A stretch of 64,000 nt of DNA from Patescibacteria group bacterium (lineage in GTDB: Bacteria > Patescibacteriota > Patescibacteriia > Patescibacteriales > UBA12465). Below the pieces are notes generated by a model, which saw nothing but the letters and a program-made list of their open reading frames with translations, was not told the origin of the DNA and did not search any database. Position numbers and translations under genes: made by a program. The stretch spans positions 16,655 through 80,654 of the forward strand of contig JAVEZP010000002.1 of the NCBI GenBank assembly GCA_034002925.1. The letters are read 5' to 3'. Each line of letters starts with the position of its first letter. The first letter of the stretch is position 1. Shown here piece after piece: positions 19,732 to 27,335 of the stretch.

Positions 19732-20130
19732 TTATTCAGTTGTTTGTCCATCAAAATCTTCTTCATTAGATTCCGCCTCTTCTTTACTCGCTCTAATAAT
19801 ACCATCTTTATGATGAGCAGGTGAATAAATGGTATATAATTTTAAATCTTCACTGACAGAAAGATTAATAACATTATGTTCTGCTCCGGCTGGCACAACA
19901 ATAGCATCGCCATCGGCCACTAAATATTCATTGTCATCAATAATCACCTTCCCTTTTCCTGCCTCAAAGCGAAAAAATTGGTCATTATCAGGATGAATCT
20001 CTAAACCAATATCTTCACCTGGTTTTAATGACATTAATACTAATTGGCTATTTTTACCAGTATAAAGCACTTTACGAAAATTATTATTTTCAATTGTAGC
20101 TTGTTCAATTTGTGTGTGAAATCCTTTCAT
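19732..20130 (-). CDS. Cupin-domain protein
   Basis: Cupin motifs GEDIGLEIHPDNDQFF and GDAIVVPAGAEHNV. The start is set at MKGFHTQ, 10 nt after the fur stop. The track ORF start at 20208 overlaps fur. Confidence 0.75.
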   Translation of the reverse strand: MKGFHTQIEQATIENNNFRKVLYTGKNSQLVLMSLKPGEDIGLEIHPDNDQFFRFEAGKGKVIIDDNEYLVADGDAIVVPAGAEHNVINLSVSEDLKLYTIYSPAHHKDGIIRASKEEAESNEEDFDGQTTE

Positions 20131-20140
20131 ATATTTAAAA

Positions 20141-20569
20141 TTAATTATAAGTTTTTTTATTTTTTGCACATTGAGAGCAAAGACCAAAAAATTCCATACT
20201 ATGATCATGAATCTTATTAAAACCAGATAATTTTAAAACTTGTTGACTAATATCTTGAAATACGCAGATATCAATCGCTTTAATTTTACCACAAGTATTG
20301 CAAATAACATGATGATGGTCGCAATGACGCCCTAATTCATAAAGTCGTTTATCTTGGCGTAAGTCAATTAAGCGAATAATAGCTTTTTGACTCAGAAAAC
20401 TTAAGACACGATATACGGTAGCTTTATCTAATTTAGTTTTAGTAATTAATTCATCAGCGCTAATAGGTTTTTTTGCTTTTTCTAAAGCTAAAAGAATGGA
20501 TAAGCGGGGCGCGGTTACCTTTGCTTGGATATTATTTAAATATTCTTGCCAATATTTTTGATTATTCAT
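20141..20569 (-). CDS. fur: Fur-family metalloregulator (Fur/Zur/PerR type)
   Basis: wHTH N-terminus, HHHVICNTCG and CSQC metal-site motifs, and an AGGTGA Shine-Dalgarno sequence upstream. Confidence 0.85.
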   Translation of the reverse strand: MNNQKYWQEYLNNIQAKVTAPRLSILLALEKAKKPISADELITKTKLDKATVYRVLSFLSQKAIIRLIDLRQDKRLYELGRHCDHHHVICNTCGKIKAIDICVFQDISQQVLKLSGFNKIHDHSMEFFGLCSQCAKNKKTYN

Positions 20570-20577
20570 ATCACCTA

Positions 20578-20590
20578 TAGTGTAACACTA
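20578..20590. promoter_or_regulatory. 6-1-6 palindrome, candidate Fur-family operator
   Basis: TAGTGTaACACTA lies 9-21 nt upstream of the fur ATG, abutting the SD. The spacing class resembles the 7-1-7 Fur-family boxes. Confidence 0.3.
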
Positions 20591-20603
20591 ATAAGCAAGA
20601 TTG

Positions 20604-20630
20604 CAAAAAGAAGCTGATATTTCAGCTTCT
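20604..20630 (-). terminator. Intrinsic terminator after the 40-aa basic protein gene
   Basis: Stem agaagctga/tcagcttct (9 bp) with loop tatt, then TTTTT on the minus strand. Confidence 0.75.
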
Positions 20631-20639
20631 TAGAAAATC

Positions 20640-20762
20640 TTAACCTCGATTTCTTTTTTTTGCTTTTTCTTCTAACATTAAGCGTTTAATCTCTAAGCGC
20701 TTGGCAGTTTTATGAGAGCGAGATTTTTTTCCTTTGCCCACCCCAGTGCTACGTTTAGCCAT
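20640..20762 (-). CDS. Small highly basic protein (40 aa), unannotated in the ORF track
   Basis: Manual translation gives MAKRSTGVGKGKKSRSHKTAKRLEIKRLMLEEKAKKRNRG*. An intrinsic terminator follows. No clear SD. Confidence 0.5.
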   Translation of the reverse strand: MAKRSTGVGKGKKSRSHKTAKRLEIKRLMLEEKAKKRNRG

Positions 20763-20832
20763 ATTTTTGTATAGTTTAATTTCAAGATAATTACAGGATA
20801 GTATGAAAATTGTTTTTTGTAAAGCCTTGTTT

Positions 20833-21186
20833 TCACTCCTTTCCCTCTATTAAATCAAAAGCGTCAATAACAAGTTGTTTGTTTTTAGAGTGAAAACGAG
20901 CGATAGCTTGAAGGGCAATATGTCCATCTTCATAAGAAATTAAAGCTGAGTGCTCATCAATGAAATTAATATCAGTCACGTAGAAAGTGCCACCTAAAAC
21001 TGCTGCTTCTGGTGACAAGATACTAATATTTTCTTTAATATAATTTTCCACCGCTACTGGATTTGCTTTTTCTTCAATTATTTCTGCTTGATTATTTTGA
21101 CGACTAGCTCGGGTTAAAAAGAAAGCTAAAGTTGAGAGTGATATTAATAACAACAGAGCGATAAAGATTTTAAGATTTGTTTTCAT
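20833..21186 (-). CDS. Membrane-anchored hypothetical protein
   Basis: 117 aa with an N-terminal TM/signal segment (IFIALLLLISLSTLAFFL). Confidence 0.6.
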   Translation of the reverse strand: MKTNLKIFIALLLLISLSTLAFFLTRASRQNNQAEIIEEKANPVAVENYIKENISILSPEAAVLGGTFYVTDINFIDEHSALISYEDGHIALQAIARFHSKNKQLVIDAFDLIEGKE

Positions 21187-21252
21187 AAAAAGTAAGATTA
21201 ATTATTATTTTATCTATAATTAAATAACGTATTATTAAACAAAAAGTCACAA

Positions 21253-21444
21253 CTAAGAAAAAATAAAAAGATCTTCTATCTTGGTTTTTAAAATGCGCGC
21301 GATGCTCCAGGCTAATTTTAAAGAAGGATTATATTTGCCTTGTTCTAAAAAAATGATGGTCTCTCTTCTAACCCCTGCCTTGAGAGCTAATTCTTCTTGG
21401 GTTAAACCTTGATCAACGCGTCTTTTTTTAATATAATTTTTCAT
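21253..21444 (-). CDS. XRE/Cro-type HTH transcriptional regulator
   Basis: 63 aa containing [40 protein letters not shown], a classic HTH_3 pattern. Confidence 0.85.
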   Translation of the reverse strand: MKNYIKKRRVDQGLTQEELALKAGVRRETIIFLEQGKYNPSLKLAWSIARILKTKIEDLFIFS

Positions 21445-21825
21445 TTATTTTTTGCTTAAATACTTAAAAATAGCAGCGTTTAAAAGCATCAAAAAACAAA
21501 CACTAAAGGCCAAATATTGACTTAAAGGATAAAATAATGGATTTTTATCTGCTAGGGCCATAAATACAAAAGTAGCGATTGCTCCGAGCCAAGAGAAAAT
21601 AAGAATGCTGTAGCGAGAAGCTTTACCGGCAATCAGATAATCTCTCTCATCTGCCATAACCGTTTTCACTGATAAATTGTGTCGGCAATAATACATTCCA
21701 GCAGCCGCGCTAATCATAAAAATAATAGGTAAAAAATAGTTTTCTAAAGTAATAGAGATGCTAATGGAGGCGGAAAGAATAATAATGATAGCTAAACGGC
21801 AAAATTGATAATGTTTTAAAGTCAT
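21445..21825 (-). CDS. Four-helix membrane protein (DUF2178-like), co-transcribed with the XRE regulator
   Basis: 126 aa abutting the regulator start with no gap. This membrane-protein plus small-HTH pairing is a known conserved arrangement (recalled). Confidence 0.55.
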   Translation of the reverse strand: MTLKHYQFCRLAIIIILSASISISITLENYFLPIIFMISAAAGMYYCRHNLSVKTVMADERDYLIAGKASRYSILIFSWLGAIATFVFMALADKNPLFYPLSQYLAFSVCFLMLLNAAIFKYLSKK

Positions 21826-21927
21826 ATTTTTGTTAATTATTTCTAACTATTATAATGTTATATTATTCTAACATAGCTGTCAAATATTAAAAAAACACTA
21901 CTTGAGAGCAGTGTTGTTTGTAATTAA

Positions 21928-22353
21928 TTAAAGATCTAAGGACAGACTGTGAGCATTTACCTGAAATCCTAATTTTTGATAAAAAAGCAATAAATCATCG
22001 GAGCAGTTTAAAATAATTTTATAGGCACCCTGTTCAATACAACGATCAGTGACATGTTTAATTAAAGCTTTAGCTATCCCCTGTTTAATGTAGCGCGGAT
22101 GAATAACAAGATCTTCGATGTGGGCTACGGTTTTGCCTTGATGATAAAATTTAGTTTCAAATATAATTCTAATAGTGCCAACAACTAAATTATCAAGGAT
22201 GGCCACATAAATTTCTACTCCTCTCTTTTCGCAATCATAAAAAATTTTAATTTTATCAGCATTATGTATCAAATCAATTGGACTTAAATGTGATAAAGTT
22301 TGGAAAAAGGAGTTCTCCAAGACGTCATTTTGGTTTAATCTTCTTATTTTCAT
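21928..22353 (-). CDS. GNAT-family N-acetyltransferase
   Basis: Acetyl-CoA motif HPRYIKQGIAKALI. The start is probably MKIRRL (22353). The track ORF extends to 22383. Confidence 0.8.
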   Translation of the reverse strand: MKIRRLNQNDVLENSFFQTLSHLSPIDLIHNADKIKIFYDCEKRGVEIYVAILDNLVVGTIRIIFETKFYHQGKTVAHIEDLVIHPRYIKQGIAKALIKHVTDRCIEQGAYKIILNCSDDLLLFYQKLGFQVNAHSLSLDL

Positions 22354-22538
22354 GGTATTTAATTTATAAAGAACAACAAACAAATTTAGAATAACGGCAA
22401 AATACTATAATAAGTATTTAATATAATCCTAATTATTAAGCACGTCAAGCTGATAATTACAAAAGTCTCAGTTAATTAATTTTAGTAATTATGCTAAAAT
22501 ATAGTTATTAAATAAGGTTAAATTAGTATCATTTTTTT

Positions 22539-24323
22539 ATGCTTCTTACTAAAAAAATTCAACAAACTTTCTTTTACGCGCCGTTTTTATTAGCTTCATT
22601 ATTTTTTGTTGTTATTAATTCAGCATCTGCTCGAGAAAATGTGACTGATTGGTATATTAAAGATTTTCAAACAAAAATTGAAATTTTTGCTGATGATAGT
22701 GCTATTATTACCGAAGATATTGTCGCTGATTGCGGAACAGCTCGTGATAAGCATGGAATTTTTAGAATTCTACCTATTCAATCTACGACACCAGACGGCA
22801 TTATTTATACGCCTATTGAATTAATTTCTATTACCGATTTTAAGGGTCAAAGTCATCCCTATCAAGAAATTATCAAAAATAATACTATTACTTGGAAGAT
22901 TGGCAGTCCTAACACCAGAGTTTCAGGAGAAAATTATTATCGCATCAAATATAAAGTACTAAATGTTATTAGAGATCAAAACACTTTTGATGAGTTTTAT
23001 TGGAACTTGTCTGGCAATTACTGGGACTTAGAGATTGATAAATTTCAAGCCACTATTATTTTAATCCCACAAATAAATCAAGATAATACAAACATCACTC
23101 TATATAGTGGTGTTTTGAATAATAAAGATAATAAGCTAACGACCTATAATTGGCTAGATAATAATATCTTAGAAATTAATACAAATAAAACCTTAACGCC
23201 TAATGAGGGTGTGACCATATCTCTTAGTTTTCCTAAAAATTATATTCAGCATCAAGTAATTGCTACGCAATATAATGATAGCAAACAAAGTGCTTTAAAT
23301 TATATTAGCGAAGAAATGCCATATTCATCTCCACTTTTCTCTTTTATTATTGTTATTTTATATATTTTTATTTTACCTATAATTGTCTTCATTATTGCCT
23401 TTGTCGCACACAAAAGACAGCAGCAAAAAAATCCTTATTACAAAAACAGTTTAGTAACAACATATAATCCACCTGCTAATATTAGCCCAATTATGTTAGG
23501 TTTTATAGATAAAGGCGGAATTCAAGCTCATCTTATCACCGCCTCAATTATTAAGATGGCAATTTTAAAGCTACTTAGCATTAAAGAGCAGACAAAAAAA
23601 GTCATGTTTATTGAAACTAGTATTTTAGAGTTTATTAAAAATAATAATCAAGAAAATTATCAACAATTAGATGAGGCTGAAAAATATATTTTTCAACTTC
23701 TATTTAAAAAAGGTGAACAGGTCAGTATTAATCAGTTAAAAAATAACTTTACTTATCTTGAGCTCAGGGCTATTCAAAAAATTGTTAAGACTGAGGCTCA
23801 AAACGAAAACTATTTACTTAGTAAGATCAATAAATTAAAGAAAAGATATTTAATTTGGGCTATAGTCTTGTTATTAACTGGATCTATTGTTCCTGCTATC
23901 ATCCTTTTTATTTTTTATAATATTAATAAAAATCTTACACAAGAAGGACAAAAACTATATTGGGAAATTCAAGGCTTTAAACAATATATGACAATAGCTG
24001 AAAAAGAGAGACATGGTTTTTATGAAAAAGAGAATATTTTTACAAAATTACTTCCCTATTCCATTGCTATTGGCAATGTAAAAGAATGGACAAAGCGTAT
24101 GGCTGATATTTATGGCGAAGAGTATATACAAAAAAGCTTCTATTGGTATGCGGGCGCATCCACTCTTAATTCCTTAAATGCTATTGATAGTCTTAACAAT
24201 ATTACCAGTCAAATAGATAGTATTGCTAATAGTATAAATAAGTCTATTAGTTCCAGTTCTGGGCATGGTGGCAGCGGTTCTTCTGGTGGTGGTAGCGGTG
24301 GTGGCGGAGGCGGAGGTTGGTAA
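22539..24323 (+). CDS. DUF2207 domain-containing membrane protein
   Basis: 594 aa with a signal peptide, an extracellular N-domain, TM helices and the typical Gly-rich tail GHGGSGSSGGGSGGGGGGGW. Confidence 0.8.
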   Translation: MLLTKKIQQTFFYAPFLLASLFFVVINSASARENVTDWYIKDFQTKIEIFADDSAIITEDIVADCGTARDKHGIFRILPIQSTTPDGIIYTPIELISITDFKGQSHPYQEIIKNNTITWKIGSPNTRVSGENYYRIKYKVLNVIRDQNTFDEFYWNLSGNYWDLEIDKFQATIILIPQINQDNTNITLYSGVLNNKDNKLTTYNWLDNNILEINTNKTLTPNEGVTISLSFPKNYIQHQVIATQYNDSKQSALNYISEEMPYSSPLFSFIIVILYIFILPIIVFIIAFVAHKRQQQKNPYYKNSLVTTYNPPANISPIMLGFIDKGGIQAHLITASIIKMAILKLLSIKEQTKKVMFIETSILEFIKNNNQENYQQLDEAEKYIFQLLFKKGEQVSINQLKNNFTYLELRAIQKIVKTEAQNENYLLSKINKLKKRYLIWAIVLLLTGSIVPAIILFIFYNINKNLTQEGQKLYWEIQGFKQYMTIAEKERHGFYEKENIFTKLLPYSIAIGNVKEWTKRMADIYGEEYIQKSFYWYAGASTLNSLNAIDSLNNITSQIDSIANSINKSISSSSGHGGSGSSGGGSGGGGGGGW

Positions 24324-24342
24324 TGCTCCTTTACTTTTTTTA

Positions 24343-24380
24343 AATAAAAATCAGGCTTTTACAGCCTGATTTTGTTTTTT
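24343..24380. terminator. Bidirectional hairpin terminator; left edge of the island
   Basis: Stem atcaggct/agcctgat (8 bp) with loop tttac, an A-run before it and tttgtttttt after it. Confidence 0.8.
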
Positions 24381-24417
24381 ACTCGCCTGGAGAGACAGTT
24401 TTCGAACGTGGGTGGCT
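24381..24417 (-). repeat. Unit A: most degraded tRNA 3'-end-like fragment
   Basis: actcgcctggagagacagttttcgaacgtgggtggct follows a terminator hairpin, the same layout as at tRNA-Gln. The similarity (CTGTC.., TTCGAA) is weak. Confidence 0.3.
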
Positions 24418-24440
24418 AATAATTAATGATATTTTGACTC

Positions 24441-25421
24441 TTAATTCTTCATTTGTCCAACCTCCAAATCTACTAAATTATCTAGATTAAAATTTTCTCT
24501 TTCCGTTTCACATTCTTTTCTCTCTTTATCCGGATAGTTACTGCAGTTGGGATAACGGGCTACAAATTGCACCAAATAAACATTATTTTCTATTACTGTT
24601 GTATAGGCATATTGCGTATAGACAGATCCCGCCGCGCCCTCGCTAGAAGCACCTATGCAATATTTCTGGCCGTTTATTTCCTTTTTACTTATTCGAAGAG
24701 GTAAGCTAGATTCTAGAGGGGTTTCATTACACTCTATTTCACCATTTTCTACCCAAGATTCTAACTTGGGGTATTCTTCGGCTTTAAATATGTTCGAACT
24801 ATAATTTTGAAATGAAATATAACTAGCCTTAAAACTATCTGGTAAATTTGATTCTATATTCCCTTCTTCGGTATATAAATATTTAACCCCTATCACCTTG
24901 ATTGTGCCTAAAGTTTTATAAATATCGCTTTCTTCGTTAACCAGCTCGCCGCTAATTTCTATTTTTTTCCCCTTTCTTATCTTATTAACTATATTATTTT
25001 TATCATCACTGGGCGCTTGCAGGCGATAATAATCACCATCACTATTCTTAATACCAAAGACGCATAAATCATTATGGGGGATATTCTCATCTTTTAAAGG
25101 CAGGCAAACAAATTCTCCGGAGACAATAAATAAATCTTTATTTTCTAAATTCGCTGCTTCATTTATGGATAAATTTCCACAATCACAAAGTATTTTTTTA
25201 CCACACAAAGTTGACACGCCACCGCAAGGAACTTGAACATTATTATATTCTTTACATCCAAATAACCCTTCACAATTTTTTAAGTTAAATTCGCAATATC
25301 CTTTTTCGGGATATACTTTAAAATCGTTTTTACACTTATTTGAAATTAAAAAAAATAAAGCAGTAATAATGAATAGCAAAGCAGCGAGAGAGTAGATTAG
25401 AATTTTGAATTCCTTTTTCAT
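24441..25421 (-). CDS. Membrane-anchored Cys-rich extracellular hypothetical protein
   Basis: 326 aa with an N-terminal TM segment, then a Cys-rich stretch (CKNDFKVYPEKGYCEFNLKNCEGLFGCKEYNNVQVPCGGVSTLCGKKILCDC). Confidence 0.65.
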   Translation of the reverse strand: MKKEFKILIYSLAALLFIITALFFLISNKCKNDFKVYPEKGYCEFNLKNCEGLFGCKEYNNVQVPCGGVSTLCGKKILCDCGNLSINEAANLENKDLFIVSGEFVCLPLKDENIPHNDLCVFGIKNSDGDYYRLQAPSDDKNNIVNKIRKGKKIEISGELVNEESDIYKTLGTIKVIGVKYLYTEEGNIESNLPDSFKASYISFQNYSSNIFKAEEYPKLESWVENGEIECNETPLESSLPLRISKKEINGQKYCIGASSEGAAGSVYTQYAYTTVIENNVYLVQFVARYPNCSNYPDKERKECETERENFNLDNLVDLEVGQMKN

Positions 25422-25446
25422 ACTATTTTAAATATTAACTATTTAT

Positions 25447-25474
25447 ATTATAACATACCCTCTCCTTCTATCAA
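25447..25474 (-). promoter_or_regulatory. Candidate promoter of the cassette-1 gene
   Basis: The minus strand reads TTGATA, then 16 nt, then TATAAT, about 25 nt upstream of ATG 25421. Confidence 0.45.
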
Positions 25475-25492
25475 ATAATATAAATCATGAAT

Positions 25493-25711
25493 AAAAATAA
25501 GCTATTATTAGCTTATTTTTATTATTCGCTTGGTGGTTAGGATTTGGCCACACAAAGCTCAAGTCTCGCTTGTCTACACTCACTAACTGGCCTCGCGGTG
25601 CGTCACTTCGTTCCGCACATCGCTCCGACTTTCTCATCCTGGGCGCGAAGTGCGCAGGCACTTCGCTTCCCCTCACTCATTCAAAAAATCCAGCTTACAC
25701 TGGATTTTTTT
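25493..25711. ncRNA. GC-rich structured segment bracketed by two terminator-type hairpins; candidate ncRNA, family unknown
   Basis: Hairpins at 25493-25520 and 25683-25711, both with A/T runs. The core has a perfect 9-bp hairpin gcgaagtgc-gcag-gcacttcgc and a second copy of CACTTCG that could pair alternatively. Only overlapping spurious-looking ORFs occur on both strands. Confidence 0.35.
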
Positions 25712-25743
25712 CATTCGCTCGGGGTCGCGGACGATGTTCGAAC
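25712..25743 (-). repeat. Unit D: tRNA-Gln 3'-end-like fragment
   Basis: cattcGCTCGGGGtcgcggacgatgTTCGAAC sits next to a terminator hairpin. GCTCGGGG is identical to tRNA-Gln positions 36653-36660 (plus-strand reading). Confidence 0.5.
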
Positions 25744-25752
25744 TTTTTATAA

Positions 25753-26421
25753 CTATCTATTAGGAAATTTAAAATAATTCCAAGTTATGAACTGATTATA
25801 AACTGCGTCGCGAGCTTCTGTTTGACGACTTGCAATAAACTTACCATCATAAGATTGACCGTGAAAACTAGCAGGACCATAAAAAACATACTCGTTATTA
25901 GAAGCAATAATTATATACTGCCCATTGGCGGGGCTGGCTCCACCTTCTTGTATGTTAGCCTCTCTAGCTATTTCAAATTTTTTTGAATCATCCCTACTTA
26001 AAACATATAGGCGAAATATTGCAAGAAAACAAGAAGGACATTTTTCTGCAACGTCTTGTTTTTCTTGATAACTAACTTTAACAGGAAGCCCGAAGACAAG
26101 ATCGGTGGAATGGAATTCAATATTATTATCTAAATACATTGAACCTCTCTCCGATTTTACAACTGCCTCGTTCCAGGCGCTTGGTAGAGTAATTTGGAAT
26201 CGATAATCATCATTTTTATAGACAAAATTATTATTAACCACCTCATTTTGAGACTCTGGCGTATCTTTTTGAAGGCCCGCCTTGTCCACATTAGCGGTTT
26301 CAGTTATCTGCGGACTACTTAGAGAATCATCGTTAGAGAGATTTTTATAACTATTAGAAGAACATGCCGACAAAAAAATTACAAAAATAAACAAAAAAAC
26401 TAAAGAAAGTGTTTTTTTCAT
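25753..26421 (-). CDS. Lipoprotein, hypothetical
   Basis: 222 aa with a signal peptide and lipobox (VIFLSAC). Confidence 0.7.
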   Translation of the reverse strand: MKKTLSLVFLFIFVIFLSACSSNSYKNLSNDDSLSSPQITETANVDKAGLQKDTPESQNEVVNNNFVYKNDDYRFQITLPSAWNEAVVKSERGSMYLDNNIEFHSTDLVFGLPVKVSYQEKQDVAEKCPSCFLAIFRLYVLSRDDSKKFEIAREANIQEGGASPANGQYIIIASNNEYVFYGPASFHGQSYDGKFIASRQTEARDAVYNQFITWNYFKFPNR

Positions 26422-26512
26422 ATTTTTAAATTAATTATTACACTACAAATATAACACAAAAAAAATAATTTCAAACATTTTCAGACTTTTCATTAGGGGG
26501 CGATAAAATTAT

Positions 26513-26570
26513 AAAAAAACAGGCCTTTTACACCCTGCTAATTCAACGATGCTTGGGGACAGGGATTCGG
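26513..26570 (-). repeat. Unit E: tRNA-Gln 3'-end-like fragment, best-conserved copy
   Basis: 26550-26570 tgcttggggacagggattcgg against tRNA-Gln 36652-36672 ggctcggggacagggactcga gives 17/21 identical by manual alignment. An A-run and weak hairpin precede it. Confidence 0.6.
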
Positions 26571-26679
26571 CTACACGTCGTCGCGTAAAATGGCTACCCC
26601 GTATAACCTCGTAAACGCGGCACGGGGTTCCGCCATCACGCGACTCACGTAAAATTATCACGCGGCTGCGCCACGTGAT

Positions 26680-27335
26680 AAAAGTAATCTACCACCAGAC
26701 TGAGGTCTGGTGGCTTTGTGTTTGCCGGCCATTCCGGCAAAGACGGTTTTAGTGGTTTAATTTTAATTTAAGGAATTATCTTGTCAAATAGAGATGGTTG
26801 ATCTATCTCATTGTGATGATCTTGGTGTCTGACATATCTCTTGATTATATCTTCATCAATACCTATGCTGGAAACAAAATAACCTCTTGCCCAAAGAGAA
26901 TGTTTTTCATAGAGACCATGGTGTCTTTTTATTTTCTTTTTGAGCCAAGCAGAAGACTTGCCTTTGATTATTTGCATAACATAGAAAACTGAATCCCTAG
27001 GTGTAATGAGAAGACATAAGTGGATATGATCTTCTTGAATACTTAACTCTATTATTTCCCAATGTTTCCATTTACAAACTGATTCAAATATTCGACGTAA
27101 TTCATCTTTGATTTTATTGGTATTTAATACCTTACCTCGAAACTTAGGTGTCCAGACTAAATGGAGCTTTAAATCATAGAAACAATGTGATAATGTACGA
27201 ATGGTGCGCTTTCTTGTTTGATGCATATTATTATAGCACCACTAAAACCAGTCCTGCCGGACTGCTTTTAGTATACAGCGTCGCTTTCAAACGTACACAC
27301 CCCAGCTGTGCTGGTGGTTTATAGAATAACAAAAA
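26680..27335 (-). mobile_element. IS200/IS605-family element (tnpA only) with hairpin-rich arms; boundaries approximate
   Basis: Intact tnpA flanked by hairpins at 26692-26713 (ccaccagac/gtctggtgg), 26722-26740, 27249-27264 (cagtcc/ggactg) and 27302-27314, plus the inverted 12-mer GGTTTTAGTGGT (26745-56) / ACCACTAAAACC (27238-49). Confidence 0.65.
26768..27226 (-). CDS. tnpA: IS200/IS605-family Y1 (HUH) transposase TnpA
   Basis: 152 aa with YDLKLHLVWTPKFR, the HUH motif EDHIHLCLL and the catalytic Tyr context LWARGYFVSS. Confidence 0.9.
   Translation of the reverse strand: MHQTRKRTIRTLSHCFYDLKLHLVWTPKFRGKVLNTNKIKDELRRIFESVCKWKHWEIIELSIQEDHIHLCLLITPRDSVFYVMQIIKGKSSAWLKKKIKRHHGLYEKHSLWARGYFVSSIGIDEDIIKRYVRHQDHHNEIDQPSLFDKIIP

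Noticed and set aside
24290-24323. Gly-codon run (ggt/ggc/gga repeats) at the end of the DUF2207 gene, considered as a tandem DNA repeat or phase-variation tract
   Set aside because: It encodes the Gly-rich C-terminal tail typical of DUF2207 proteins. The codons are mixed rather than a pure homopolymer or simple repeat likely to slip.
25485-25777. Three mutually overlapping 60-77 aa ORFs on both strands (25485..25676 minus, 25544..25777 plus, 25570..25752 plus)
   Set aside because: They lie in the GC-rich structured patch, where stop codons are rare by composition. They have no RBS, they cross terminator hairpins and the pseudo-tRNA unit D, and their sequences are Arg/Ala/Ser-rich, typical of non-coding GC-rich DNA read as protein.
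26513-26680. tmRNA (ssrA) as the identity of the GC-rich region carrying the tRNA-like 3' end ..GAATCCCTGTCCCCAAGCA
   Set aside because: No T-arm can be formed, since the 5' T-stem partner is missing. There is no matching 5' acceptor strand at a suitable distance and no recognisable tag reading frame. The match is to the tRNA-Gln 3' end instead.
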